A DNA stretch of 60,403 bases, counting the filler, from Circinaria calcarea (taxonomy: Eukaryota): NCBI GenBank assembly GCA_051942165.1. It is 5 parts of 5 records of this genome, joined end to end, with 100 filler letters (N's around TTAATTAATTAA, not from the genome) between each part and the next. Parts side by side here need not be neighbours in the genome. Positions count along the whole stretch, not along the records: positions 24,223 to 36,222 come from JAVECS010000619.1; positions 36,323 to 48,321 come from JAVECS010000620.1; 3 more parts are not named here. One strand, written 5' to 3'. Position 1 is the stretch's first letter, and each line of letters opens with the position of its first letter. Positions 25,310 to 37,133 of this stretch are shown here, piece by piece. The position numbers and the translations under genes were made by a program. A model generated the notes under the pieces. That model did not search any database, had not been told where the DNA came from, and saw only the letters and a list, made by a program, of their open reading frames with translations.

Positions 25310-26898
25310 CTACTTCTTCCCTAATCTAGGCATCCATGCTTTCGGACCGCCCTTCTTCTTCTCTTTTTCCTTTCCTTTCCCCGAGCTCGATGCATTTCCA
25401 TCCTCATCCTTCACATCCACGCCCTCCGCGTCCTTAATCTCAATCTCCTTGGCCTGTTCCGCAAACATTGCTTTCAGCAATCTCGACGATCTTGACTCGT
25501 CACTCGCACCCTCCTCCCAAACAAAAGTCACCAGTACCCTCCCCGTCATTCCCAATTTTCCAATGAGTCTATCCTTGCTGTTTTTCGGGATATCCTTTTG
25601 TCCTCCTGGCGAGCTGAATTTCAGGAGAAAATGTTCCGTCTCCCTGTCTAGCAAAGACCTGACGTGGTCGTACAAAGTTTCGGCAGTGTCGAGATTGGTA
25701 AATGTGCTCACGACCTGCGTTTGGTCGGGAAATCGCACTTTGATCTCCACCTCCTTCTCGCCAGCTAATTTCTGTGCTTGTGTTTCTTGTTGGGCTGCAA
25801 TCTCGGCATCGGTTAAGAGCCGCTTGTTGCGGCCCATCGTGGAGAGACGAGATTGATAGAGCTTGGCATGATTGATAGTGGGTTCGTAGTCAGCTTCATT
25901 GTGATTCTGTCGGGCGGCGTGAGGAACTGTGGTGGTAGGTGGAGCAAATACGGAGATAGGGCGTTGATTGGGGCCAGTAACAGTTGATGGTGGTGGTGAC
26001 GGGGGCGATGAAATCGAATTAGCTTCCTGCCCTTCGCCGTCTCCGACTTCCACAGGCTCTGATGACTCTAGAGATTCGGAGGGTGCATTAACGTTCTCGG
26101 CGTCTTCCGATAGTGCTGGTGTAGACGAGTCCAGCTTCGATTCGCTTGTCGCAGCGCTGTTTGCATGGGCTCCAGCACGCTTCTCTCCTTCGAGAACCTT
26201 AAAGTAATTGTCTATCTCCACTTGTGCCTCTTCAAAAGGTGTATCCGACGTACGAAAGCTCAGCCGCAGTAGTGTGCTGCCGTTATTAAACCCCAGCTGC
26301 CCGAGAGTCTTTTGCAAGTCTGTGAACGATGATAGTTCCCTTCCCATGATATGCAACACTGGCGCTTCGTGATAGAGTCTTCCTGCACCTGCGTCTCCAC
26401 TACTAGTTTGGGGAACTCCGCGACCCGTGAAGTTTTTTTTGATCCTGACGTCCCCAGCCGCGCCGGACTCAAACCGCCGTAATATCTGCCAGATCGTTGT
26501 ATTACTTGGAAATTTATCTGTGAGCCGGCCATTTGGAATGCCATCCGCCTCAGGTTCGGGTAGTTGAAGTGCGACGGAGACGACAGAGGGTGAGCGTGAT
26601 GAGAGGATGAGTTCAAGTTTTGCGCCTGAGGAAAGGCCCGAGAGCCTGATCGTTCGGGAGAGGTCGACTTGCCTATTATTATGTCTATGGTATTGTCAGC
26701 TATCGTCCTTGTTGACTAAGTACATGATATCTGCATGTCTGTGACGGGACTGTTTACCTACTTTAGTCCATATTGACTTGCGTCGAGACCGAACTTGGTG
26801 CAAGCCTCTTGTAGCACGTCGCTAAGGTGCGTAGAAGGAGTGGTTTTAATGACAGTTCGACGGAATGAGGAGTCAATGACTACCACATTTGAAGCCAT
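25310..26898 (-). CDS. UBX4: TUG/ASPL-like UBX-domain Cdc48 adaptor (one intron near the 5' end)
   Basis: N-terminal TUG-UBL1 (MASNVVVIDSSFRRTVIKTTPSTHLSDVLQEAC); LQKTLGQLG; DYEPTINHAK; UBX motif IKVRFPD. Confidence 0.82.
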
Positions 26899-27326
26899 GC
26901 CTGAGCCTATTTTGCTTAAAGGTGTGTACTAGAGGAAGGGCCGAGGAGGGAATGGGGGGGGGGTTTATAACCACACTCTCAGAGCCTGAGCTCGTTCACC
27001 TACAAGCTGTCCGACTCGCAGCGGTAAATGAAGAAGTAGACGTGAGAGAATCACTCTCACTAAAATTACGATAAAACGTCTCCAAACTAAACAGGTATGA
27101 GAACCTGGTGATTGTGAAGGACATTTAGTGAACTGAAGCATATGACGCTGTTTGCCGCAAGGGAACCAGAAGCCCAAGCACCCCTGTCCACAAAGTCCGA
27201 AGCTCCAGGGCTTTCACGCGTAGACCTTGTCAACCTAAACTGTTCTACCAACCCGCAAATAGGCCCAATTTCTCTTTACCAAGACCGCGGACGCAGAAAC
27301 CACATTCAGTACGGAAATTATTAAAC

Positions 27327-28138
27327 ATGGTAGATGAAGCATTGCATCTTGATGCGCCGGCCTTGCTAACGTTTAAGATAGTCCAACCCCTTCAGCATAA
27401 GTACGCATTTCTGAGAACTCGACCTTTCCCCTCAACGAATAAACGGTACATTGGGCAAACGTTAATGTTCTGTAGATGGTGGCGCCTGTGTGGCCATGGT
27501 GGGCAAAGACTGCGTTGCCATAGCTTGCGATCTCCGTCTCGGTCTCCAATCCTTAACCGTCTCGAACAACTTCCCCAAAATCTTCTCCTACGGCGACGTT
27601 TACCTGGGCCTTACCGGTCTCGCGACCGATGTCTCCACTGTCTCTGACCTCTTCCGCTACAAAGTGAACATGTATCGGCTCAGGGAAGAACGTCAAATAT
27701 CACCGCAGACCATGGCGAATCTGGTATCGAGTAGTTTGTATGAAAAGAGGTTTGGACCGTACTTTGTCAGTCCGGTGATTGCCGGAATCAACCGCACGAC
27801 GGGTAAGCCGTTTATCTGCGGGTTTGATAGTATCGGGTGCATCGATTTCGCAAAGGATTTCATCGTCTCGGGAACGGCGAGTGATCAGCTGTTTGGAACA
27901 TGTGAAGGACTATGGGAGCCAGATCTGGTGAGTGGACCATGGAGATATGTATGCATTCCGTAAGGGCTTGCTAATTGCTATGTATGGTACACAGGAGCCG
28001 GAAGACTTGTTCGAGACGATATCTCAAGCACTACTGAATGCCGTGGACCGAGATGCACTGTCTGGATGGGGAGCACATGTGTACATCATCGAGAAGGACA
28101 AAGTTACGAAACGGCTACTCAAAGGGCGGCAAGATTAG
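27327..28138 (+). CDS. PUP3: 20S proteasome beta3 subunit (ATG-only first exon, 19-nt second exon)
   Basis: [56 protein letters not shown]. Confidence 0.96.
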
Positions 28139-28397
28139 AGAGCAATTACTTATTGGCGTACGGCGAATGAAAGCATTCTTCACAGAAACGGAAATAGTTC
28201 ATTCATTCTTCAAGATGAACGTATCGTTACTGATTCGCGCTGACATTGGTTCGCGTATCCCATAAGTACGCCCAGTGGTGACTGTTATAGGTTCGGCTTC
28301 ACAGCTTTCAACAATGACAAAGATAAAGCCCAAACCAGAGCGTTCTATTAGATCTATAATCTCTTTCCAAATGCAAATCTATGTAGGGTATAAAGGT

Positions 28398-31300
28398 CTA
28401 TTCCTTTTTCGGTCTACTTTCTAGTGGTTTGGGGAGGTATAGCTTCCTCTCGAAGAATTTGAGCAGCTCGTCAATGAAGCTGTAGAAGTATTAGTACTGA
28501 CCAAAGCATTGAGCTCTGGGGATACGCACATGACAGGAATACTGATTAATAAGACTGCTTGCCACTCGCTCCAATTTAAGGGAACAATCGAAAATAGGCT
28601 TTGGAGGAATGGCGTATAGAGCAGGGCGAAATGGAGGGCCATGGACAAGCTGATGGCGTATACGAGAATCATGTTGTCCCACAAAGGAAGTGTCAAAAGC
28701 GATTCACTCGAAGACAAAGCGTTCATGGCGTTCAACATTTCAATAACGACCAGGCTAACAAATACAATTAGTACCCGGTGGGCAGAAGAAGCAGTTTATC
28801 GCTAACTTACATGGAGAGCGACATAGTCGAAGCTGCCTTCGAATCATTGTTTACGAACATTTCGCAACCGATCTCCGGGAACTGGGATGAACAACGATGG
28901 AAGTGCGACTACCGTGTTGATTAGCCCTGTACGGATATAAGAAAACTAGGGTATACGGTACGTACCAGTTGCCAAAAAGAGATTTGAGGACCCCTGGCAT
29001 AGAACATAAACCACCACGCATAACCGAATACGGTCGCAGCCCCCACATAGACTCCTACCACCATGTACCTAAAGAAGAGCCAGCCGCTCACAAGCGCTTC
29101 GTCTTTCTTCCTCGGAGATCTCTTCATTACATCGTGGTCTGGAGGATTGAACGAGAGAGCTGTAGCCGGAAGGCCATCCGTGACTAGATTAACCCATAAC
29201 AGCTGAACAGGAATCAGGGCTTCTGGCATTCCCGCAGCCGCAGTCAGAAAGATGGAGACAACCTCGCCAATGTTGGAGGAGATCAAGTAGCGAATGAACT
29301 GTTGAGTGTTGTTGTATATTGACCTTCCCTCCTCGATAGCAGCCTCGATGGTGGCAAAGTTATCATCTGCCAGAACCATGTCTGCAGCGAGCTTTGCAAC
29401 GTCTGTGCCTGAGCCCATTGCAACTCCTATATCAGACTTTTTCAAAGCAGGAGCATCGTTGACACCGTCTCCGGTCATGGCAACGACTTCACCAGCCGAC
29501 TGAAGTAAATCGACAAGCTTGGATTTATGTATGGGTTCTGTTCTCGAGAACAAAGACGCGGATTTGGCCGCTCTCATTTTTTCAGAATCACTGAGGGCGT
29601 CGAACTCTCTTCCAGTATAACTTTTCCCTTCGAGGTTCTCGTGCTCACCGAAGACGCCAATTTGACGACAGATGGTCTCGGCAGTGATTTGGTTGTCCCC
29701 AGTAATGACGACTACGCGGATACCAGCCTCTCTGCACTTGCGAATTGATTCTGCCACTTCGGGTCGTGGAGGATCTAGCATTCCCACGAGACCGATGAAA
29801 TTCATTTTCTGCTCAAGCTGAGCATATTCCTTGCTCGTCTTCGCAGTGCTCAGCAGAGGTTCTAATGAAGACACATTGTCAACACTAGCGAGTGCCATTA
29901 CTCGAAGCCCGCGCTTTCCATATCGGACAACCTCCTCAGAAACAAGGTTTGCAAGGTTCCTGTCTAGAGGGACCTTTCTACCGCCCGCGCCTAGTAGAGC
30001 ATGTGTACATCTTTCAATAACGGACTCCGGAGCACCTTTCACGAGTAGCAGTTGCTGCTTATCGACTTCGACTAATACGGACATACTCTTTCGATCTCTG
30101 GAGAACTCATATGTGGATTGTATCAAACAATGGTCTTCATAGTACTTGCATGCATGTTGCAGCTGGTCCTGGGCAGACAGCGTTCGTCGCTGTCGATTGA
30201 TCTCAGAACTAGGGGTTCCAATCTTCTCCACAAGCACACGCAATGCACCTTCGGTGGGCTCTCCAACACTGCTGTACGTGCCGTTTTTCGGATCGAATGC
30301 GATCTTGGCTTCATTACACAAAGCTGAAACCATGGCCATTTTAAGGAGAGTTGGCGATGATGCTGCGGGATCTTCAAGCGGCTTTCCTTTATATAAAATC
30401 TTTCCTTCGGGAGCAAAGGTAGTCCCTTCTATATCTATTTCGTCCAAACCCGAGCCGGATGCATTCAGAAAGACAACCTTGTTGACACTCATTTGGTTGG
30501 TTGTCAAGGTGCCCGTCTTATCAGAGCAGATGACACTGCAGCTACCGAGGGTTTCGACCGAGGGCAGACTACGTACAACAGCATTTTTAGCTGCCATTTT
30601 TCTTGTTCCAAGCGCAAGGCATGTAGTTATTACTACCGCTAGCCCCTCTGGAATGGCTGCTACTCCAAGGGACACCGCGATCTAGAGTAGATAAGCTTCC
30701 TGTCCAGATGATTGCATAGGATGCTTACAATACCTTCAGGTAGTAGATTGCTCCTTTAGCCCAACTTCCATGTGAAGGGTCGTTGAAGTGCTGTATGTTG
30801 ATGAGCCAAACCAGGATACATATAACAGTAATCACTTTAGCAAGCGTGTCGCCGAAGTCGTTGAGTTTTGTCTTGAGTGGTGTAGGTTCCGAAATCTGTG
30901 AAGTTATGCTATCGTGGATATCGCCGATAGCGGTGGAGCCTCCAGTTAACACAACCAGCGCCGTCGCGTGACCGGTAACTACCGTAGTCCCGGAGAATAG
31001 CATATTTATCTGATCTTGCTTGACCGCTTGGGAATCCTTGATAGCTTGGGTATCCTTTCCAACACTCTCACTTTCGCCGGTCAGGATAGCCTGGTCGACC
31101 CGAAAGCTATTACTCTGGATGGAGAGAATCCTGCAGTCCGCAGGTATGCGATCTCCGACAGCTATGGACACAATATCTCCAGGAACGAGGTCCTCCGCCT
31201 TGATCCTTTGGGTAGCTCCATTCCGAATAACTGTTGCTTCGTTTGCCGAGTATTGTTGTAGGGCAGCAATGGCCTTTTCGGCGCTACTCTCCTGTGAGAC

Positions 31301-31724
31301 TCCCACAATAGCGTTTAGGATGAGAATGGTAAGGATCTAGAAGTGTGCCTTTCAGCGTTGTGTCCCATGAATGTGCACGGAGATACTGACCACCAAGGGA
31401 TCCACGAAAGCCGTCCAGCCTTCGCTGTCTTCAAACAGAGCAAGGACAAACGAAATGGCTGCTGAACCTAGAAGGATGATAACGAGCTGATCTTTGAATT
31501 GCTCGAGTATGAGTCGCCATACTGGTGTTGGAGGATCCTCGGGCAATGCTTCGATGGGTGTTAGAGTGTTTAGTGTATAACGGATTTGACAGGAGGTTCA
31601 CGGTACCGTTACACCCATATATGGCCCTGGAAGATTTCACTTGCGAATCCGAAAGCCCATTCTCCTCGGTGACAGCAAAGCGCCTGAGAGCTTCCTCGGG
31701 AGAAGAAAGAAATGCAGCTTCCAT
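28398..31724 (-). CDS. SERCA-type (P2A) ER Ca2+-transporting ATPase, multi-exon
   Basis: [66 protein letters not shown]. Confidence 0.95.
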
Positions 31725-32919
31725 CCTAGTTCTACGTTTTCGTAATTAAAGTATGCAGGTAAAAGACCTAGAGAAGTACATGAAATGTTTCTCTCAGGTA
31801 TCGATAGCGGGCGCAAGTCACAGTGGTTGAACGTCTATGTCTTCTCGAAGGTCGGGTTCAGAACAGGTGGCCTCAAAGATGCATTATTTACTTTTGGAGG
31901 ATCTGCGCTTGTGAGTACGTATTATAACTACGCATTAGCTCCCGGGCCTTGTTCAGCCTTCCGCCATGTGTCATCCATCGCCTTTCCCTACCTTCAAAGG
32001 GTTACCCTGATAACGGGCCCAAGACAGAGCGTCACCTACTCGATGTTTGGTAATGGAGAACATCCAGCCAAACTTAACAAAGGACTCGTGCAGGAAGCGG
32101 GCAATCTCGAGGTACCAAGTCTTCACGAAAGCTTCTGGCGGCTGCCGTTTCATGTTCCAGTAGCTGCCTTCCGTCCGATCTGATGGCTTCGAGAAACCGC
32201 CATGTTCTCATAATAGCGGTGCGAGTGGCCGATGAAGTTTCACTCCGGAAGAACTACAGTCGACTGCCAAAGCGGTGGGCCATGGTCCTATCTCATGTGT
32301 ACATTGTACTCCTACCTTCGTACATTGCCATCATGACATTGCCCTCAGTTCTAGCAGACCCCGACGGTCGCCGCAAAGAGCATTCTGGGGTTATCCAATA
32401 TACAGAAAGCTTTGCCTTGAACTGATCGAATTGTTGCATAGTTCCAAAAGAGAACCAGAGACTCTTCGCGCGCTCCTCTCTTTTAGAATAGTGTTTCCAT
32501 CACCCAAGCCGGATGTCCCAAGTGGGCAAATATATTCTGTAGACATATGCAGGGCCCTTAGGAACCGCCACAGACACAATTAAGACTGTTATCTTCCACG
32601 TGGTCCCCACTCCGGGCGTTAGGCACCAACAGGCATCGAACGCTCAACGCCTGCAGTAAATGCCAATTTGTACAGAGTATCGTAATCCGAGTCGCTCAGG
32701 CACACGTTGTTGTTGCGCTTGTTTGCCTCGTTTGCATCACTTTTGGCCGTCAAATTTCGCTAAGATCTCTAAGCCTCCGGACCCCAATCTTCAAGCCAAA
32801 ACCACACCTGCGAATCTACCTCCACCATCCACCTCAACACAACCTACACTCTGATCATCCCACGAACTCGCGAGCACTTACCTCACTCTGCGAATAACAT
32901 CATATCCTCATCGACCAAG

Positions 32920-34216
32920 ATGACGAGCGAGGTAAGTTGACACGTCATCCGTCCACTCAGGGTTACCTGCGAGCGATTCGGCGCATCTCCGCCGTTCGCG
33001 TTGGCAATAGCATGGTGAAGATGAGGAAACTTGGCTGACATCGAGTTCTTCCTGTCTAGCGCGAGAGGTATAGATCGCATCGATCCATAGTCATCAATTA
33101 CTCCACTAACACCTATCCAGCAAGACCTTCCTCGCCAGGCTGTGCGAGCAGGCCGAGCGCTACGATGGTAAGCATGGTTTTTTAGACACTCAAGTACATG
33201 CTGACTGGCCTTTCAAAAGAAATGGTTACATACATGAAGGTTAGTGGTCTCATGTAGTATCCGGAGCATTGAAACTAACAATCAGTATAGGAAGTTGCAA
33301 AGGTATCAAGCTTTAGGCTCCTATGATCGTGGGAGCAAGGCCCTGATCGCTTTCTAGATTGGCGGCGAACTCACCGTCGATGAGCGAAATCTCCTGTCTG
33401 TCGCGTACAAGAATGTGGTCGGAACTCGGCGTGCCTCTTGGCGCATCATCTCTTCGATCGAGCAGAAAGAGGAGTCCAAGGGGTCCGATAAGCATGTCAA
33501 GACTATCCGCAATTACCGCCAAAAGATCGAAACCGAGCTTGAACGCGTTTGCCAGGATGTCCTGGACGTGCTCGATGAATCCCTTATCCCCAAGGCGGAA
33601 TCTGGGGAATCAAAGGTTTTCTACCACAAGATGTATGTGATTTTGGGTTCTCCACCCGTTAGATTAATGAGTGGCCAAAGGACTAATTTATAACCAACAG
33701 GAAGGGTGACTACCACCGTTACCTTGCGGAGTTTGCGTCAGGAGAGAAGCGCAAGGTTGCTGCTACTGCTGCTCACGAGGCGTACAAGGTAGGCTCCTTC
33801 AGTCAGGTGACACCAACATAGAGTCTGACGCTTCGCAGAATGCCACAGACGTTGCTCAAACTGAGCTTACCCCCACCCACCCAATCCGTCTTGGCCTTGC
33901 GCTTAACTTCTCGGTCTTCTATTACGAGATCCTGAACTCGCCTGATCGTGCTTGCCATTTAGCTAAGCAAGCTTTTGATGATGCCATTGCCGAGCTCGAT
34001 TCCTTGTCTGAAGAGTCCTACCGCGACAGCACTCTGATCATGCAGTTACTCCGCGATAACCTTACGCTCTGGACTTCGTCAGACGGTGGCGAGGCTGAAG
34101 CTGCTCCTTCTGGAGAGGCCTCCAAGGAATCCGAGAAGGCGCCCGCTGAGCCGAAATCCGATGCACCTACTGCCACTGAGGCTCCGACAGAAGCCCCAGC
34201 AACCACGGAGTCCTAG
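32920..34216 (+). CDS. 14-3-3 protein (8 exons, including 8-, 12- and 20-nt microexons)
   Basis: [70 protein letters not shown]. Confidence 0.97.
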
Positions 34217-35625
34217 ATATCCATAATTAGCCGTATTCATTGTCAATGATTTGATAGATTGGTGAGGTGGTGGGGTTGACTAATCTGAGGTACAATGGAT
34301 ACGGAAATGTGGATGGCAGTGCAGTGAAGTGAATGGATGTTTGGTGGTTCTGCAAGCCTGTTAGCGGTACCTAGGCAAATGGAAAATTCAGCACAGACGA
34401 TCGGTTATGTTCTTATTGATGTTCCAGATTGTCTGTCTCCGCATGTTTCTCTTTACTCCAAGTTCGGCTGTCTTCACGCACAAGGTAGAAGTCAGGGGTT
34501 GTGAGGTCAGCTCAATCGGCTGTACTGCCAGGTCATCCAAATTGTGTAGCGTGTTCGGCTTTGCCTAGGATGATGCCTTTTTGCAAAGACACTCATGGAT
34601 AAAATCAACTTCAGTCTCTACTCTGCTTTCGCTTCATATTTGATGCTTACATGTGGCAGCATCACCATCCGTGCTTCGCCATGTATTCTGATGTACCAAA
34701 TCCATCAATAAGCACCGGTATCAACTTTTGCAATCGCCTTGTACTGGTCGAAATGAACCTCCAGTGATTTTCGTTAACGTTTCATGTCAGCCTCAAACAT
34801 GCAATGACCTCTTGCGCACGGCAATTTGTTCTTTGAAGACTTCAAGGTATCTGGTTTATCTGCCTCGCTTTTTTCTCTTTTGAGCTATCCTTCCCCAGAC
34901 CTTTCCGCCGAAGTCTCTACGGAATGAACTTCGTCCGATGTTTCGCAGACACTTCAATGATGGTATGGTCTTGGTATCATCGAGCGTTGCTGATCTCTAG
35001 GGGAATTTCGACGGATATTTCTGATAAAAAAGTTATACCAATTCCTAGTCAGTCTTTTATGGAGTCAACAGTAAAGAATATACGCTTATCATTGCATCCT
35101 GGAGACAACCAACATAGTGGACTTTTTCCAAGGATATGTGGCTGTCTTGCCCTTTTATACATCACATAGTCGGTCTTTCGTGGTTTTATCGTAACTCTGC
35201 ACCCTACGTTACTAAGTGTTTCATGCTTCCGCAAAATATCCATACGAAACCGGAAATGGAACCTCTAAAACAGTGAAACGAGAACGCTTCATATCCTTTG
35301 ATTTGCATACAAACGACTGTTACAATTTAGCAACTCGGACCTGCCATTGCTTGGCTCGCAAACCGACCAATGCCAGACTGTCAAATTCCAGCGGCAATAT
35401 TCCACCTCAGCCACCTAACCTACAAACTAGCTGACCTTACACGATTCGGAGCCCTAGTCATGAGCGCGGGAAAGCTATATAAGGTTCCCTCACCCCGCAA
35501 CACACAATCTCTTATACCCTACCCAAAAAGCCACAAATCTCTTCTCTCCGGACAAAATCCTCTGGCGGACAGAAAAGAAAACCACGTACCACATCCCAAA
35601 CCCGACCACCGCCAACCGACAAAAC

Positions 35626-36222
35626 ATGCACCTCTCCACCATCTCCTCCCTCCTCGCCACCCTCCTCCTCGCCGCTACCTGCGCCGCCATGCCCCCCGTC
35701 ATCCCCGCCCAATCCCACGCCAACTCCCTCCTCCTCGCCAAAGCCAACTGCCCCAACTTCGGCCGCAAGAACCTGAACAGGTATCTCGGCCCCGACCTCC
35801 TCGGGTGCACTTGGTCGGAAGGGCTCAACTGCGCTGGCTTCCTCCTCGGCTGCCCGACGGTGTGTGTCGGGGCCGCCGTGGAAGAGGGGTACGTTTTCTT
35901 TCCATTTCCATTTCGATTCCCTCTTCCCCCCCCCTCTTTCTTCTTTGCAAGCGTGTTTGACTATCCTGCGTACATGTCCCTTTTTTTAGGTTGCCGTTTT
36001 CTCCCTGATGAAGTTCCACCTCGAAAAAAACTAACGCCCCCCGGTTTTGTTGGGGGGGAAACAGGCTCAATCCTTTCCTCGATACGGCCTGTGTCGCCTG
36101 CCTCGGTCCCGCGGCGGGCCACTGCGCCGAGTGCTTCGGCCACCATGGCCGCATGACGGGCATCTGCGCCGCGGCGAAGAAGGTTCCGTCCGCGGCGTGT
36201 TTGCGGCCGCTGTGCTGGGAAA
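35626..36222 (+). CDS. Small secreted cysteine-rich protein, CBP-like, 3'-truncated (intron 35889-36064)
   Basis: Signal peptide MHLSTISSLLATLLLAATCAA; spliced ...CVGAAVEEG|LNPFLDTACVACLGPAAGHCAECFG...; 12 Cys after the signal peptide; TATATAA about 150 nt upstream; GC3-rich codons. Confidence 0.8.
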
Positions 36223-36322
36223 NNNNNNNNNNNNNNNNNNNNNNNNNNNNNNNNNNNNNNNNNNNNTTAATTAATTAANNNNNNNNNNNNNNNNNNNNNN
36301 NNNNNNNNNNNNNNNNNNNNNN
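36223..36322. other. Artificial contig spacer
   Basis: 44 N + TTAATTAATTAA + 44 N. Confidence 0.98.
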
Positions 36323-36370
36323 CCCTTTCCCCTTTCCCCTTTCCCCTTTCCTTTCCTTTCCTTTCCTTTT
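36323..36370. repeat. (CCCTTT)/(CCTTT) pyrimidine microsatellite at the contig start
   Basis: ccctttcccctttcccctttcccctttcctttcctttcctttcctttt. Confidence 0.85.
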
Positions 36371-36577
36371 AAAATAAAAAGAAAACCCCCCTCACCAACC
36401 TATTAAAATCTTTTACCATCCATACTATTTCGACGCCAGGGATCTAGGAAATAAATCCAGGAAATTAGGAAAACCCCGGAAAAAAACCCAGGGAAACCCC
36501 CGGGGGAATCAGGGGGGTTTTGTTGTGTTGGGTTGGGAGGAAGAGGGAGGGAGAGGGAGAGAGGGCTTTTGCATTTG

Positions 36578-36614
36578 GAAATCAAATCAAATTGAATCAA
36601 ATCAAAATCAAACC
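36578..36614. repeat. Imperfect (AAATC)n microsatellite
   Basis: aaatcaaatcaaattgaatcaaatcaaaatcaaacc. Confidence 0.7.
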
Positions 36615-37133
36615 AAAGCCAGTTACAGGAAGTACGGTTCGTAACCTTGTCGTGTAACGTTGCGACTGAAGAAAAAAGCAAACACCTGGGGGGAGGGGGG
36701 GGGGAGGATTATGATGGACAGGGAAACGGGTTTTTAGTTGTCACCATGTCACATTGCAATCAATAGATGATTTAAATCACTCGCGCATCTAAAGTCGAAA
36801 AGGCACTAATTGCATTTATGAAAATGTGTACACAATCGAGTTAATGATACTCGCAATGAGTGCCTCCCGTCAATTGTAATTTTCATTCTAAAGCCCCCCA
36901 CCACCCTGTTGATTAATAACAAAGGAAATTGGTATTGTAGTGTATCGATGGGATCCAGGACTGTCGTACGCGAGACTGGGGTATACTGCAACAAGGGATA
37001 CAGGTCGGGAGGGCCAGAAGATATACATAGGTGTATCAACAGGTGTCGATATTAGTTTATCCAGTCGTTCCACACAGCCCAGCCTTGGCGCAACACCCAC
37101 TGTTCCATGAAGAAACCAAAACGAATCGCTTGA

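Noticed and set aside
31785..32583. Short ORFs between the SERCA and 14-3-3 genes
   Set aside because: Several stops in every frame and no recognisable domain; treated as a divergent promoter region
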